A DNA stretch of 64,000 nt from Ruditapes philippinarum. Its lineage: Eukaryota. Shown here one piece after another: positions 52,400-64,000 of the stretch. Positions within the stretch are counted from its first letter, which is position 1. The number at the start of each line of letters is the position of its first letter. Position numbers and translations under genes: made by a program. Under the pieces are notes generated by a model. That model was not told the origin of the DNA. It did no database searches and saw only the letters and a list, made by a program, of their open reading frames with translations. The DNA lies in assembly GCF_026571515.1 (NCBI RefSeq), contig NW_026858509.1:372001-436000 (forward strand), in the 5' to 3' direction.

Positions 52400-55370
52400 T
52401 TTTGGTAAACTTACCTGATTTTCTTGGGGTTTTGTGTTTTGGTCATCTTGATTATTTTCAATGTCATTTGTTTTTGTTACATTCCCCTTGATCCGGGTTT
52501 TTTTAAACCCTGATCTTTTATGGTCGGGTAGAACTGGTTTTGTTATAAAATTATTTTCCCTTCCATCAACTTAAAACCTAAAGTTGTCTGGATCATGTCC
52601 CTTTTTAAGTTTTTTTTGCATTTATTTGGGTGCTCTTAAATTTTGTTGTGTATTACTTTCTGAAATTCTGTATTTTATCTGGGGGAAAATTTTTGCCCTT
52701 TATGAAATAAGGACCTTTCTTTATACTCTATTTTTAGTTTGTAAGACCGGGTTTAATGTTTTTTAAATTTTCCCAAATAATATTTTGCTCAAAAAAAGTC
52801 TAAAATCAGAGGGTTGAGTTTTTTAAAATCTTCCCTTTAATTAAAATTCTTGCTGATTTTTTTTCAGTGTTTTTTTTTGCAATTTTATGTATTTTTTTCA
52901 GCCCTTTGAAAAAAGATTGTATATGTTTTTTAAATTTCCCCGGTTCCAAAATGGTTTCTCTATGTTTTAGTTTTTAACATCCATAGGGAGTTCTTTTCCC
53001 CTCAAAAATCTTTTTAAAATTTTTGGGGCAAAACCCTAAAGTTTCAATTTTGGTGAAAACCAAAGGGGGTTTTGAAATTTACTATTGGAAAAAAACATTT
53101 TTCCCAGTTCTTTTTGATTTTAAAAATATACAAAAGTAATGTTTGGAAAATTTGGGGTGGCATTTTGCCTTTAACAAAAAATCCTTTTTCCCTTTGGATT
53201 GAAAATTTAAGCTGTGCGGGGGTCTTTGTTGAAAAAATTGGGTTTAAAAATTTTTCCCACAAAAAACCGGGGATTAAAAAATTTTTAAAAAAGTTTTTTT
53301 GGAGAGGAATTTGTCCTCTAATTGGGTTTACAAAAAAAAAAGGGAACCCAGCTGGTTTTCCCCAAATAAACACAAAAAAAATCATTTTATTTTTTTTAAA
53401 ACCCCTTGCCTTTTTTTTTTTTGAAAAAACAAAAGGAATTTGGTTTTAGTTAATTTTTGGGCGGAAATCCTTTTTTTTTTCCCCGTATTTTGGGAAAAAC
53501 TATCCACAAAATTTTAATAAAATCCATCCATTGTTTTTCCCATATTTCATTTTTTAAGGTTTTAAAAATTGTCAAAAAATTTTTATTATTAAAAAATTGG
53601 GGGAAGCGATCTACCTTATGTGTATTGGTTTTCTTTTTTGCCTTTGTCTTTTGATTTCACAAAAACCCCGGGAAATTTCCCGGGGTTTTTTCAAATTTTT
53701 TGCCAAAAAATTTTTTTTTAAAATTTTTAATTTTTAAAGAAAGGAAGGGTTTTTTGACAAAAACAAATTTTTTTGAACATTTGTTTTAATGGGAAATTTT
53801 TTTTTCGGGGATGGAACCTTCACCAATTTTTAATTTTTTTGGAAGTGAAAAATTGAAAAATAACCCTTATTTTTTCCCTTTTGGGTTTAGGTTTTTTTTC
53901 TCTTTGACCCTTTTTGTTGAAAAGGGAATTTTTAAAAAATTTTAAATCCAAAAAAATTTTAAAAACTTTCTTTTTAACTTGTTTTTCTAAAATTAAAACC
54001 CTAATTTAAAAGGGGTTAATTTTTTTCCACCAAAATTTTCAAATTTGGGGTTTTTTTTTTAATAAAAAATTTTCCGGCAGTTTTTTTTTTTGGTTTTTAA
54101 TTTTTAAACTTTTTGGGGGTCATTAAAAAAATCAAATTTTTTATTTTTTTTTCCTTTTTTCAATTTTAAATCTTTTCCCCGGTAAAATCCAAAAAATTTT
54201 TTTGGGAAAAATTTGTTTTGGGGGAAAAAAAAATTTACGGGCCCGGGGAAATTTAAAATTAAAATTTTTTATAAAAATTTTTTTCTTATTCCTTTTCATT
54301 TTTGCTGGGTTTTAAGGGAAAAATTTGCGGATCCCAACCAAATGGGGTTCCTTTTAGAAAAACCCTTTAAAAACTGTTTTTTTCCCGCAAATAAAAAGTT
54401 GAAAAATGTATTTTAAAATTTGTTTGAAATTCCTAAAATTTGGGGAAAAAATTTAAAAAGATAAAACCTTTGGAAGGGGCATTTTAAATAAAAAATCCCC
54501 CTTTTTTCGGGTGTGAAAACTTTGTCCCCTTTTTAAATACCTTTTAAAAATTATTGCCCATTTTTCAAAAAGCAAAAAATTCAAAAAACCAAAAAATTTT
54601 TGGGGAAAAGTTTTGGTTTTTTAAAAAAAGTTTAAAAAATTAACTTTTATTCCTTGAGATTTTTGGTTTATTTTAAAAATTTAGAGCGGTTGCCCAAAGT
54701 TAAGCTTTAAATTTGGCCTTTAACCAAACAGCCTATGGGGGCCTTAAACATTTCTTTTTCCCTTAAAAAAATTATTTTGGGTTATTTTTTTTAAAAACCA
54801 CCCCAAAAAAGAATGAATTTCGGGGGGGTTTTAACGGGTAAAAATTTTTAAAAAAGTTTTGGGTTTCAATTTAAAAAAATAATTATTTTAAAAAAATAAA
54901 AAAATAATTGCTTGCCGTATTTCCTTTTTTTAAAATAATTTTGGAAAAATTTTATTTGTTTTTTAAAAAGGTTTTTCAAATTCTTTTTTTTAAAAATTTA
55001 AAAATTAAAAAATTCTTTGGTTTAAAATTTTCTTCAAAAATTTTAAAATTTTTTTTAAATCAAAATTAAAAAATTTTGTTTTTTTTAAAAATTACCCTGA
55101 TTTACATTTAACTTCCCTTGAGGTTAAAATAAAAAAAATTTATATAAATTGGCCCAATTTAAAATTGGCCTTTTGCAAGGAAAAATGCGGACTTAAACCG
55201 TCAAAATTTTTAAGGGGTCTGTGCCAAAACCCCTCTTTACTTTTTCTTTTTTTTTAAATAATGAAATTTTTTCTGTGAAAAAGAAAACTTTTAAACCTGG
55301 AGACATTTTTCAGCCCAGTTTGTCTTAATCGCAAAACCCACTTCTTTTAAAATTTACTGAGATTTTTTCT
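52400..55370 (-). pseudogene. Garbled RT C-terminus / RNase H / integrase region
   Basis: Continues from RT; GPYFI motif (GGTCCTTATTTCATA) at 52715-52701; HPQ-like remnant ~53160; frame destroyed by homopolymer indels. Confidence 0.6.
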
Positions 55371-56947
55371 TTAAATTTTGGGGCTAAAGAAAATGATAAC
55401 ATCATCTACATAACAGAGAACAAATTTCCATGAGATACCACTAAGAACTTTCATTAAAAGCGACTGAAAAGTAGCTGGAGCCCCTGACAATCCAAATGGC
55501 ATTTTTCTAAAAGAAAATATTCCTTCGGCACAAATGAATGAAGCTTTCTCCCTACTGTCTTGCTCTAAAGGTACTTGCCAAAATGCTTTACCAAGGTCAA
55601 GAGATGAAAAAAACTGTGAATTTGATTCCCCAATTGCATCAAAGATATCTGACAGGCGTGGTAAGGGATATGCCTGAGGTTTGCTTATCTTATTTAATTT
55701 CCTATAGTCAACTGCAAAACCTATACTCATCAGAACCTGCTTTTTTAACAAGTACAAACTGGTGAATGTCAATTTGAAGAACTTGCATCAATAATTTTGT
55801 TTTCTAACATTTTTTGTACCCAAACCCTTGTTGCTTCTCTTACCACAGGATTTTGTTTATAAGCTGGTAGTTTTACCGGCATTGCATCTCCTGTTTCAAT
55901 CTTGTGAGTTTGTAAATGTGTGCAACCTAAATCATGTAGTCCTTCTGAGAAAATGTCTCTATTTTTGTTTAAAAGATCTAATAACTGTTTTTTCTGGTAA
56001 TCATTTAAATCAGAATCTTTAAGATTGAAATCTAATGTACTACTAGGTTTTGAATTTGTTTTTATGTCTGAAATGCCTAAACTTTGTTCATTTTCAAATG
56101 AATGTTTGTCAACATCACCAATTGAAAATACTGATTTTTTTTCTACTTCTGAAACTGTTGCCAAAATTTTATTTGATTTCAAATAGACAATTTTATTAGT
56201 AGGATTAACTACTCTTAAAGCAGCTTTTCCATTTTCTACATGAACTAGGCATTTAGCACCTAAAATATGTTTATGAGTTAATGACACTAAAGGTTCTAAC
56301 AAAACATTTGAACCAGTTTTCACTCTTGATATTTTCACAGGAATATCAACTTCGGCCTGAGGGAGTATCTTAGTAGATCTTACAGTTCTAGCATAACCTG
56401 TATTTGTGCTAAGAGAACACACTTTCAAAAAGTCATGAATAATAAATTTTTTCGAGGCAATGTCCAAAGAAACCTTGTGTTTTTCCATAAAATCTATGCC
56501 CAAAATCACAGAATGATGTAAATCTTTGATAACATAAAATTTTGAAGCCAAGGTAACAGTCCCAAAACTTATATCTAAATTTACTTCCCCACTAACAGCA
56601 TGATGTGTTCCACCAACCCCTACTATTGTTTTAATTTTTGACTCGCTTATCTTGGGCTTCTTATCAAAGAAAGCTTTGTTAAAAAAGGACTCACTTAAAC
56701 ATGAAATTGATGCCCCTGTATCACATAAAGCACTAGTTTTTGTGTTATTGATACTAACAGAGACTGTGTTTCTAGTCATTATAGTTGAAAATTTTGGATC
56801 AATATATGACACATTAGCACTATCAGACTTTCTTTCATAAAATCTTGTTTGTTTTCCCTTAGTTTTAGCACTGTTTAAGTTGTTATCAATTTGTTTGTAA
56901 ACTATACTGTTATGCCTATCTACTGGCTGTGACCTGCAGACAGGCAC
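55371..56947 (-). CDS. pol: Gypsy pol: aspartic protease and reverse transcriptase (frameshifted)
   Basis: ALCDTGASIS, VILGIDFM, HKIETGDAMPV, VDYRKLN, YPLPRL, SSLDL..FWQVPL, MPFGLSGAPATFQ, YVDD. Confidence 0.93.
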
Positions 56948-56949
56948 GC

Positions 56950-57900
56950 ACCCCTATTGTGTATTATTTGACTGGTTCCAAGACTTTTTGTTAAAAGAAC
57001 TATTATTGTTATGCCCGAATTTTGAACTTTTACATTTATTGCCGAAATGGTTCAGTTTATTACATTATTTATAGCATGTTTTTGCCCATTGCTCTACAAG
57101 AATTAGCAGAATAGCACCTACCTCCACAACGATGACATGACGGAACAGCCTGTTGTTGTTTATTCTTATAGTGTCTGTCTCCATTGTTTCCTTCACGGTT
57201 CTTTTCTGTTGTCAACCTTGTTACAGCTGCTACCAACTGCTCAACTGTCTGTTCGAGTTTAGAAGTTTCTGTCACATTAATCTGGGCACGATCACCTATG
57301 TTTCCATGGATATCCCCCATCCTGGCAGCCAAATTTCGAACTTCTTGTAATGTTTTCGGAGCGTGCGCCCCCATTGCCTGGCCAACCATCCCTTCCATAC
57401 CTTTAAGTGCGATTTGAACTTGTACATTTTCAGGAATGTTGTTGATGTATGTAGCTTGTTCAAGCCTATTTAAAAACTGGTTCAAAGTCTCACCAGGTGA
57501 CTGTTTCATAGTGTAAATATCTAGACTTGCTTCTTTTTCAATTTTGAAATTTTGCGACCAACATATCTTTCAGTTCATTTATTCTTTCTGGTCTTATGTT
57601 TTGCGATTCATACCATAATCTTGCCAAGCCTTTCAAATGCCAGGCAAGTGATGCGACAGCCTGTTCATCTTTAAGAGCCGTTGCTCTAACGTATTCATCG
57701 AATCGTCTCAGATAACGGACAATATCCTGTGTCCCATCCCCGTAAAAATCCTCCATCCTAAATGCACCTGCCATTGGAAAAAAACCAGGTTCACGTGTTG
57801 TTGATGTTGGCAAACCAAGGTCTTGTGGCTGTTCTGGCTCAGTAGGCGGAGTTTGTACACTTCTCAAACTATAATTTGACGGTCTAGACGAAAGTGGCAT
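56950..57900 (-). CDS. gag: Gypsy gag (capsid plus zinc knuckle), frameshifted
   Basis: FYGDGTQD..YLRRFDEY..HLKGLARLWY; KQSPGETLNQF; CHRCG..C; after a frameshift, CYKCNKLNHFGNKC (CCHC). Confidence 0.88.
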
Positions 57901-57977
57901 TTGTTACTCGCTTGCTGATTTTACTGGTTACTCGCTTGCTAATTTGAGAGGTCGGAATCATCCACTACCCCACCAAG

Positions 57978-58567
57978 TGTTCTGCTTTGGTACTAGGGGA
58001 ATTCTTGTACAACTAAAATACAAAAAGATGTCCTTTTTCCTCAATTTATTTTCAAACTATTTTTTAACTATTTCAATCCAGAGTCATGCAATCTATGGCT
58101 CTTCAGAGGAAAGGACTTTAGAACAACAACTTCCATAACAATAATAGACCAATCAATTTTACTGTACATCATGTGACCCTTAATTCCCTTAGGTAATTTA
58201 ACCAATCAATTTTAATTTCGTGTAACGAAATTTGGAATCATCCAATGAAACAATGTTTACATGTTAATAAAGTATTAACTGAAACCCTGTAAGTTTTCAT
58301 GGACAAATCAGCTTATGGGGTTACTGATAGTGTTAAAATTTCTTTTGTAACATTTACTATCGGAAAAGGTCTGAAATAGGATTAATTATCTTGTTAAAGC
58401 GATTACCGTAGATTGGTTAACTTAGATCTTCCTATCTGTATTTGTTCTTATGCCTTCTGTTATAACATATTACCGACATTAAAGCGTACCTTAAGAAATA
58501 AAAGCAAAATAAAAATTAAATAAAAATGAATAATAAAAAATAAAATCAAAACTTTTAATGCATAATA
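57978..58567 (-). repeat. 5' LTR (590 bp)
   Basis: Starts TATTATGC, ends GCAGAACA; followed by CT-TGGTGGGGTAGTGG PBS. Confidence 0.9.
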
Positions 58568-59814
58568 TAATAATCAAATATGCATTAAACATATTCGTCA
58601 AATGATTGGTGTTCATTTCGTACAGGATCGACTGTTTGAATTACCCTGGTTTAATTTTTTTTTTAAACTAATATTAAGCAAATCTTTATTTTTCATTTTT
58701 TTTTTTTTTTTTTTGGTAATCTGTTACATTTTACAAGAAAATCATTTGCAATGTACCTTAGCCACCTTTGCTTCTTTTGCGTGTATTGGCAATAAGTGCA
58801 GTTACTGGGATTTAGTGTTTTGTATTAAAATTAAAATACCACTTTATTCATATTTTACTACCTTTATCACAAATTATTTAACGTTCAAAATTACGTTTTT
58901 TTCCCAACTGATATGCATCTCAGATATAACAACATTATGAATATATGTTTCTACAGAAGGGAAAATATACATGCCTACATTTCTAACGCTTAATGTGCTA
59001 CATGTAATAGTTTTGTGATTTTTATACTGCAAGTGCCTTTTAAGCAGCATGTATTTTTATGAAGTATGTATTAAATGAGCAACATTGTCATATAATGTTG
59101 CAATCGCAACATTTCAACAGTTTCCGTCAAACTTCGGATAAGGATGATTAATGGAAGTCGGCAAATTGTTCCGAATATATGGCGTTACGTATTATCACTG
59201 TTTGTCGTTGTTTGTTAATATTAAACTGCACAAAAAAGTTTAAAAAAGCATTTAGATAACAACTCTATAAAACCGTCATTAATGAATAGGCAGTGATGGG
59301 CAAAATGTACTTAGTCCTAAACAGAGTTCACTTAAATATCTAATGACTTGCAAATTCACTATGGTGAATTCTTAAAACAGTTTTGTAACTAAGGTTTCTC
59401 TTTTGTGAAGGGAATATTCATAAATCATTTCCCCCCAAAAAAGAAGCTTCCAAGACAAAAAGACGCTTTTAAATTGTTTTGTTTGATCAATCTGCAGACG
59501 ATGCATATAAACCTTGCAAGAAAGTTTATTTTTATAAATAGGTTTACATCAAACGGAAGCAAAAAGCATTCACGACCAAAAACCTAAAATAATAAAAAAA
59601 AAACAAAAAAAACACTGTGTCTTTAAGCGTATTTGCGTACGTGAGCGGTAGTGTAAACATATGGCCAAACATTTTGAAATTATAAGTCAGTAATTAAAAC
59701 AGTCATACAGGTGGTTACTGTCATTATTTACAAACGAGACTAATTGAAAGACATCAATTAGTTGCATGAAGAATAACTCATGTGCAAACGACTTTGATCA
59801 CTTTACGATTATCA

Positions 59815-59902
59815 ATCAATAAAAGGGAGAAATTTTGTTAAATATGTAGCAATCACTTTGCTTAAGCCACAAATTTACAACGATTTCTAAGACGAAACTA
59901 AG
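59815..59902 (+). promoter_or_regulatory. Putative core promoter and non-coding first exon of Gly-rich gene 3
   Basis: TATA-like aataaaaggg ~59818, Inr-like atcact ~59852, strong donor AAG|gtgagt at 59902. Confidence 0.5.
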
Positions 59903-60923
59903 GTGAGTTTTATTGTATACATATTTTACACGTTTTCTTTATTCTGTAAGGGTATTTGAGAATTTTCTTACATCAAAGCTTCGGTTTGTATGTGATGTCA
60001 CGGCTTGAATCAAATCCTTATTTCTTTTAACATTTAGCTTTAGTTCTTTATATTTTAAGAAGAATGGAATTGCTTTCAAATCATGTGAAACGCCTATAGA
60101 GGACCTGGGACGGAAGATAACTTCTGTCCCAGAAAGGACATAAACCGCTTAATGTTTGAATTCATTTTTTATAATCTAGCTTAAATATAGTTTTTAATTG
60201 TATATATTATGCAATGTATATTTTATATGTTTATATGTCTTATATACAGCAAAATTACACAAACCGCAACCGATTTTTCGTGTGATTTTTTCGTGTGAAA
60301 TTTCCCGCATATGACCTTTTTCTATCATATATATTTCACTTATATATATTTTATATATACATATGTATACATGTATTATACAGCATTAACGAAGTAAGTC
60401 TGTTAAGTATGTACGTGCAATTGCAATAAAAATATTCTAAGCATTTTATTGCGAGACAAATAATATAAAATCTTCATAATCAATCGATGACATGTGTACA
60501 AGGGCAATGTCATCTACACTTCCCAGATTGGGTTAAAAGAATAAAATAAAGCAAAGAATGAACAAGAAAATTTCTATCGTAAATTGACTTTGTAGTTCTA
60601 TCTGTTATGATTTGTGCAAGACTAACTACTTGTACTACGCGATGAAATTTATTGTAATATTCTGTGTATTGGCAATATCTCCCCTTTGGGTAGAAGCGAC
60701 ATTCTGACCCTGCAGAACAAAATATTTGGCACTTTAATAGATTTGACTATGATTTTTGCTATCAACAATCTTAAATGAGATTGTAATTTTAGGTAAGTAT
60801 TTTAGATAGTTCATATATAAATGAATTTAAAATACATACATATAATTTATAAATCTAAATGAAACGGAACGGAACAAACCATTTAATCTTTAATTTATAT
60901 TAATTTATCTCTTTCAGAACAAC

Positions 60924-61483
60924 ATGGGTGTCAAGACAGCATTTGTTCTTGTTGCCACAATCTTATTGGTTATTACCATACAATGCGATGCTCAATACCG
61001 TGGTAGGCGTGGACGTCATCATCATCATCACCACGGTGGTGGGCGTGGATATTACTCTGGTGGGTTTGGAGGGCCTTTCATTGGTGGATTTGGAAGAGGT
61101 CTTGGAGGCGGTATTGGCATAGGATTACTCGCAGGAGCTTTTGGTGGAGGCGGTTTCGGTTCCCCATTCGGATATGGATATCCAATCGGAGGATTTGGTT
61201 TCGGTGGTTTGGGAGGTTTCGGATATCCTGGATTCGGATTATACTGTAAGTATTAGTAATGATTTTTTCTTTAAAATGGAGAAGAAACATTTTTTCACAT
61301 TTTTCTAATTTAAAAATTATATGCATTTCGCTCTCAAACACTGTTTCGACTTAACCGATTGTGCAATACTGCATTGGTCCTAGTACTCAGAACCATTGTA
61401 TTTGCTTAATTAATACTGTCATGTTTTTTCTATTTCTCATATTTGTTTGCTCAATTTTTCAATATCTCAAATTTATTTCAGAA
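60924..61483 (+). CDS. Secreted Gly/Phe/Tyr-rich protein 3 (107 aa; CDS 60924-61245 + 61482-61483, stop codon split by an intron)
   Basis: ctttcag|aacaacATG; MGVKTAFVLVATILLVITIQCDA|QYRGRRGRHHHHHH..GLLAGAF..GFGLY; T|gtaagt...tttcag|AA gives TAA; AATAAA at ~61694. Confidence 0.87.
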
Positions 61484-61909
61484 TGACGTATGCTAGAAGC
61501 TAGAATGTCGATAAAAGAAACCCACAAATTATTACAAAATGAACTATCTTCATCTTTCTTTTTATTCGTTTTTTAAATCTTACTTTTCTAACTTATTTTT
61601 TCTATCTTGAATTAAATGTTTAATGAATATAGTTTGTATAACTCAATACTCTGTAATGCTAGAAACCAATCTAATACATACTGTGATTCATGAAATAAAG
61701 TTTTCAATTTATAACATATAAACACGTGTACTTTTTATTATTTCAAATTAATATCACTATACCACGCCAATTTATTCAACCATATCTCTCATTTCCTTTG
61801 TCTCGGGCATATGTTAGATATGTATTTCAAAATATGTTTCTTCATATAAAGTCTCTATTGTATCATCTAAGTATTGCGCCAACGTATCGGCAATGTATTT
61901 GATAAATAT

Positions 61910-62300
61910 GATTGTATCATAGTTTGGGGACCTTTCTGTTGAAAAAGTTTCAGAGTTAAATCGTATATATATACATGCACAGTGCGTTAACTAGAGTGCA
62001 GGTATCAGTTACCCGCACTACAGATTATGCCCGTTGATTGGCTCATTTTTGCTGGGGTTTACATGTTGTGACGGCAGAGAAAGAGAAAGCGGCAGAAATA
62101 TCATATTCAGATGCTCGTTCATTGGTTGCTTTTTTTCTGGGGTTTCATATTTTGACAACAGGGAACGTGTTATGTTTGACTATGATACAAAAAAGAAAGA
62201 ACACCAAAACACACTGCAATCTGATATATACTCGGGGGCTACGCCCCCTCGTACACATCAGATAGCCTCGTGTTTCGGTGCTCTTTCTATTACTTATACA
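61910..62300 (+). mobile_element. Dispersed ~400-bp element (same family as 8640-9030)
   Basis: Colinear similarity including gattggctcatttttgctggggtttac and ctcgggggctacgcccc. Confidence 0.8.
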
Positions 62301-64000
62301 ATATACATGTAATTGAATTATTGTACTCATGCTTGAAGATACAAAAAAATTTCCAGTACTTGGGACCCTTGTTTCCGAGTTGTACAAACCACTGACCGGA
62401 TTATCTGTCCGTCAATGTTTATTTTACACAAAGATAATATATTATAACATAAATAATATATAATATATAATAAATAAACACATGGACAAAGCAGGATAAA
62501 AGTCCTCATTGCATGTCGTAGGTTCGGAGTCCTCCACAGACAACAAACTCTCTTTTTCAAGTTCTACTCATGTCGACATATATGCCTGAATCTACTAAAG
62601 GAGGGAAGAGAGAGTTTGACAATGAACCTGCTTGAATCGAAAACAATTAGAGTCACAGACACTTGAGACTTGGGAATTTAGACGTTGAAATATGATTTGT
62701 TTTTGAAAAGGCTTGTATTAAGTTTTTTTTGATATATATGATCAGTACATGTGCTGAGATTGACAAATATACATTTTATTTGGATTTTAAAGGCGTTTTA
62801 AGCTCCACACCCCAAGTGTCTGTGATTAAAGTCAGTGTCACTGGTCAACAAATAGCCAGACCAGCCTGCATATCCAGGCTACATACAACTGTCTGAATAC
62901 GTAGAATTTTCGTCTTAACATCCATTAATCTGATAATGGGCAGCACCGAAATGGAAGCTGGTCAAGTGCAAGCAGGTTGAAGATTAAGCTGGTAATTCAC
63001 GTGGTTTTCCGACCCACACAGATCACAAAATGTCACTCAGGATAGGCACCGTAATCAATGTTTTATAAAATTTTATGTGATAATGTACCATGTACAAGTC
63101 AAAATAAAGTAATGATAATTAAATAAATTTTTAAAAATGTTCATACATTTTCATCCTTGCATCTTACAACACAGAAAACTAAACGGCCAAATGATGCATA
63201 TCCAGGGCGCAACTGTGTCCGTTCCCTTACTACCAAGTGGCACCAACACTGTCCATATTCCTTCCACCTCATCTCGGTAACTCAGGCTATTTATTGTTTA
63301 TTAAATACAGTTGTATACACGGAATGTGTACCTGTGGGTTTCGACGATGCATGAACCTTTGCTTATGGAGTGTAATCATAAATACCCTTTTTAAACATGA
63401 GCGGACAACAAATAGAACCACGAACCTTTCGTACCTTTTAAAACCACAGCACTGAGCGGCAAATAATCGTATGGTCACGAATAGAGTGTGAGTACGATGA
63501 TGATAATTCTAACGATTTGATGTATTGGGTAAAGTAGTGGTAAAATGGATACAGCAATGGTAATATGGATGTAGTAATACGGGTACGGTTATTATAAAAA
63601 CGGACACAGTAATGATATATTATTGTAAAATAACCAAATAGAGTGAAAAAAAAATACCCTTCGAATTCTGTATATATTTTGTAAAAATAACAGTTTAATA
63701 TTTAATAGAAATACGGGTAAAGTAATTAGTAACACGGGTATTATGATATTGGTGCATTAATTGTAATGCGTGTAGAGTTATAGTTATATGGGTAATGCTA
63801 CCAAAATTACTAAAGGGAGGTAAAAAATGCAAAAAATACCATTACTGCGTTAGTAACGCATAGAAATATGGTGATATATGCTACAAAATCGGTCATTATT
63901 TTTACTTTTCTTAAAATTAAAATCTCAAAACATTTTTCTCAAGTTTGATTTTCTGGAAATATTTTAGAACACGGCTTCAAATGCATTTGTCATTAAAGCT

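Larger units (their letters stand above)
48123..58567 (-). mobile_element. Full-length Ty3/Gypsy LTR retrotransposon (10,445 bp), probably env-bearing
   Basis: LTRs 58567-57978 and 48712-48123; TSD taat (48119-48122 / 58568-58571); TGG-starting PBS just inside the 5' LTR; PPT AGAGGAGGGGGTGG (48726-48713); domain order gag-PR-RT-(RH)-IN. Confidence 0.93.

Noticed and set aside
48457-54416. Many Phe/Lys-rich short ORFs
   Set aside because: Translations of homopolymer-corrupted sequence.
55745-57540. Programmed frameshifts in gag/pol
   Set aside because: Several breaks fall within domains or at homopolymer runs next to a low-quality tract; sequence error or mutation is more likely.
63480-63900. 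Degenerate aatacgggta repeats and a short match (63841-63900) to 13560-13620
   Set aside because: Too decayed to define a unit or boundaries; probably an old repeat fragment.

Overview
AT-rich, intron-containing animal genomic DNA. The repeat families (satellite-cored Helentron/HINE-like elements, tRNA-SINEs, a TRIM, palindromic MITEs) suggest a bivalve mollusc, probably a venerid clam (inference). Left half: two head-to-head genes, a 4-exon ~500-aa LRR protein with an N-terminal BC-box-like motif (minus, 9454-4415) and a ~1840-aa, mostly low-complexity, putatively nuclear protein with two tandem degenerate Ski/Sno/Dach-like domains (plus, ~12951-23048). A partial frameshifted duplicate of that gene's last exon lies in its last intron, and a dense HINE cluster follows at 23-30 kb. 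Right half: three co-oriented small secreted Gly/Tyr/His-rich protein genes (33790-34515, 41886-42371, 60924-61483) with shared architecture, a 27-bp minisatellite, several foldback elements, and a 10.4-kb full-length Ty3/Gypsy element (minus, 58567-48123; 4-bp TSD, PBS, PPT). Its 3' ~7 kb is corrupted by homopolymer-type sequence errors but still shows integrase and what appear to be envelope (F-type env-like) remnants. No rRNA, authentic tRNA gene or CRISPR array was found. All homology calls are by eye, without database searches.
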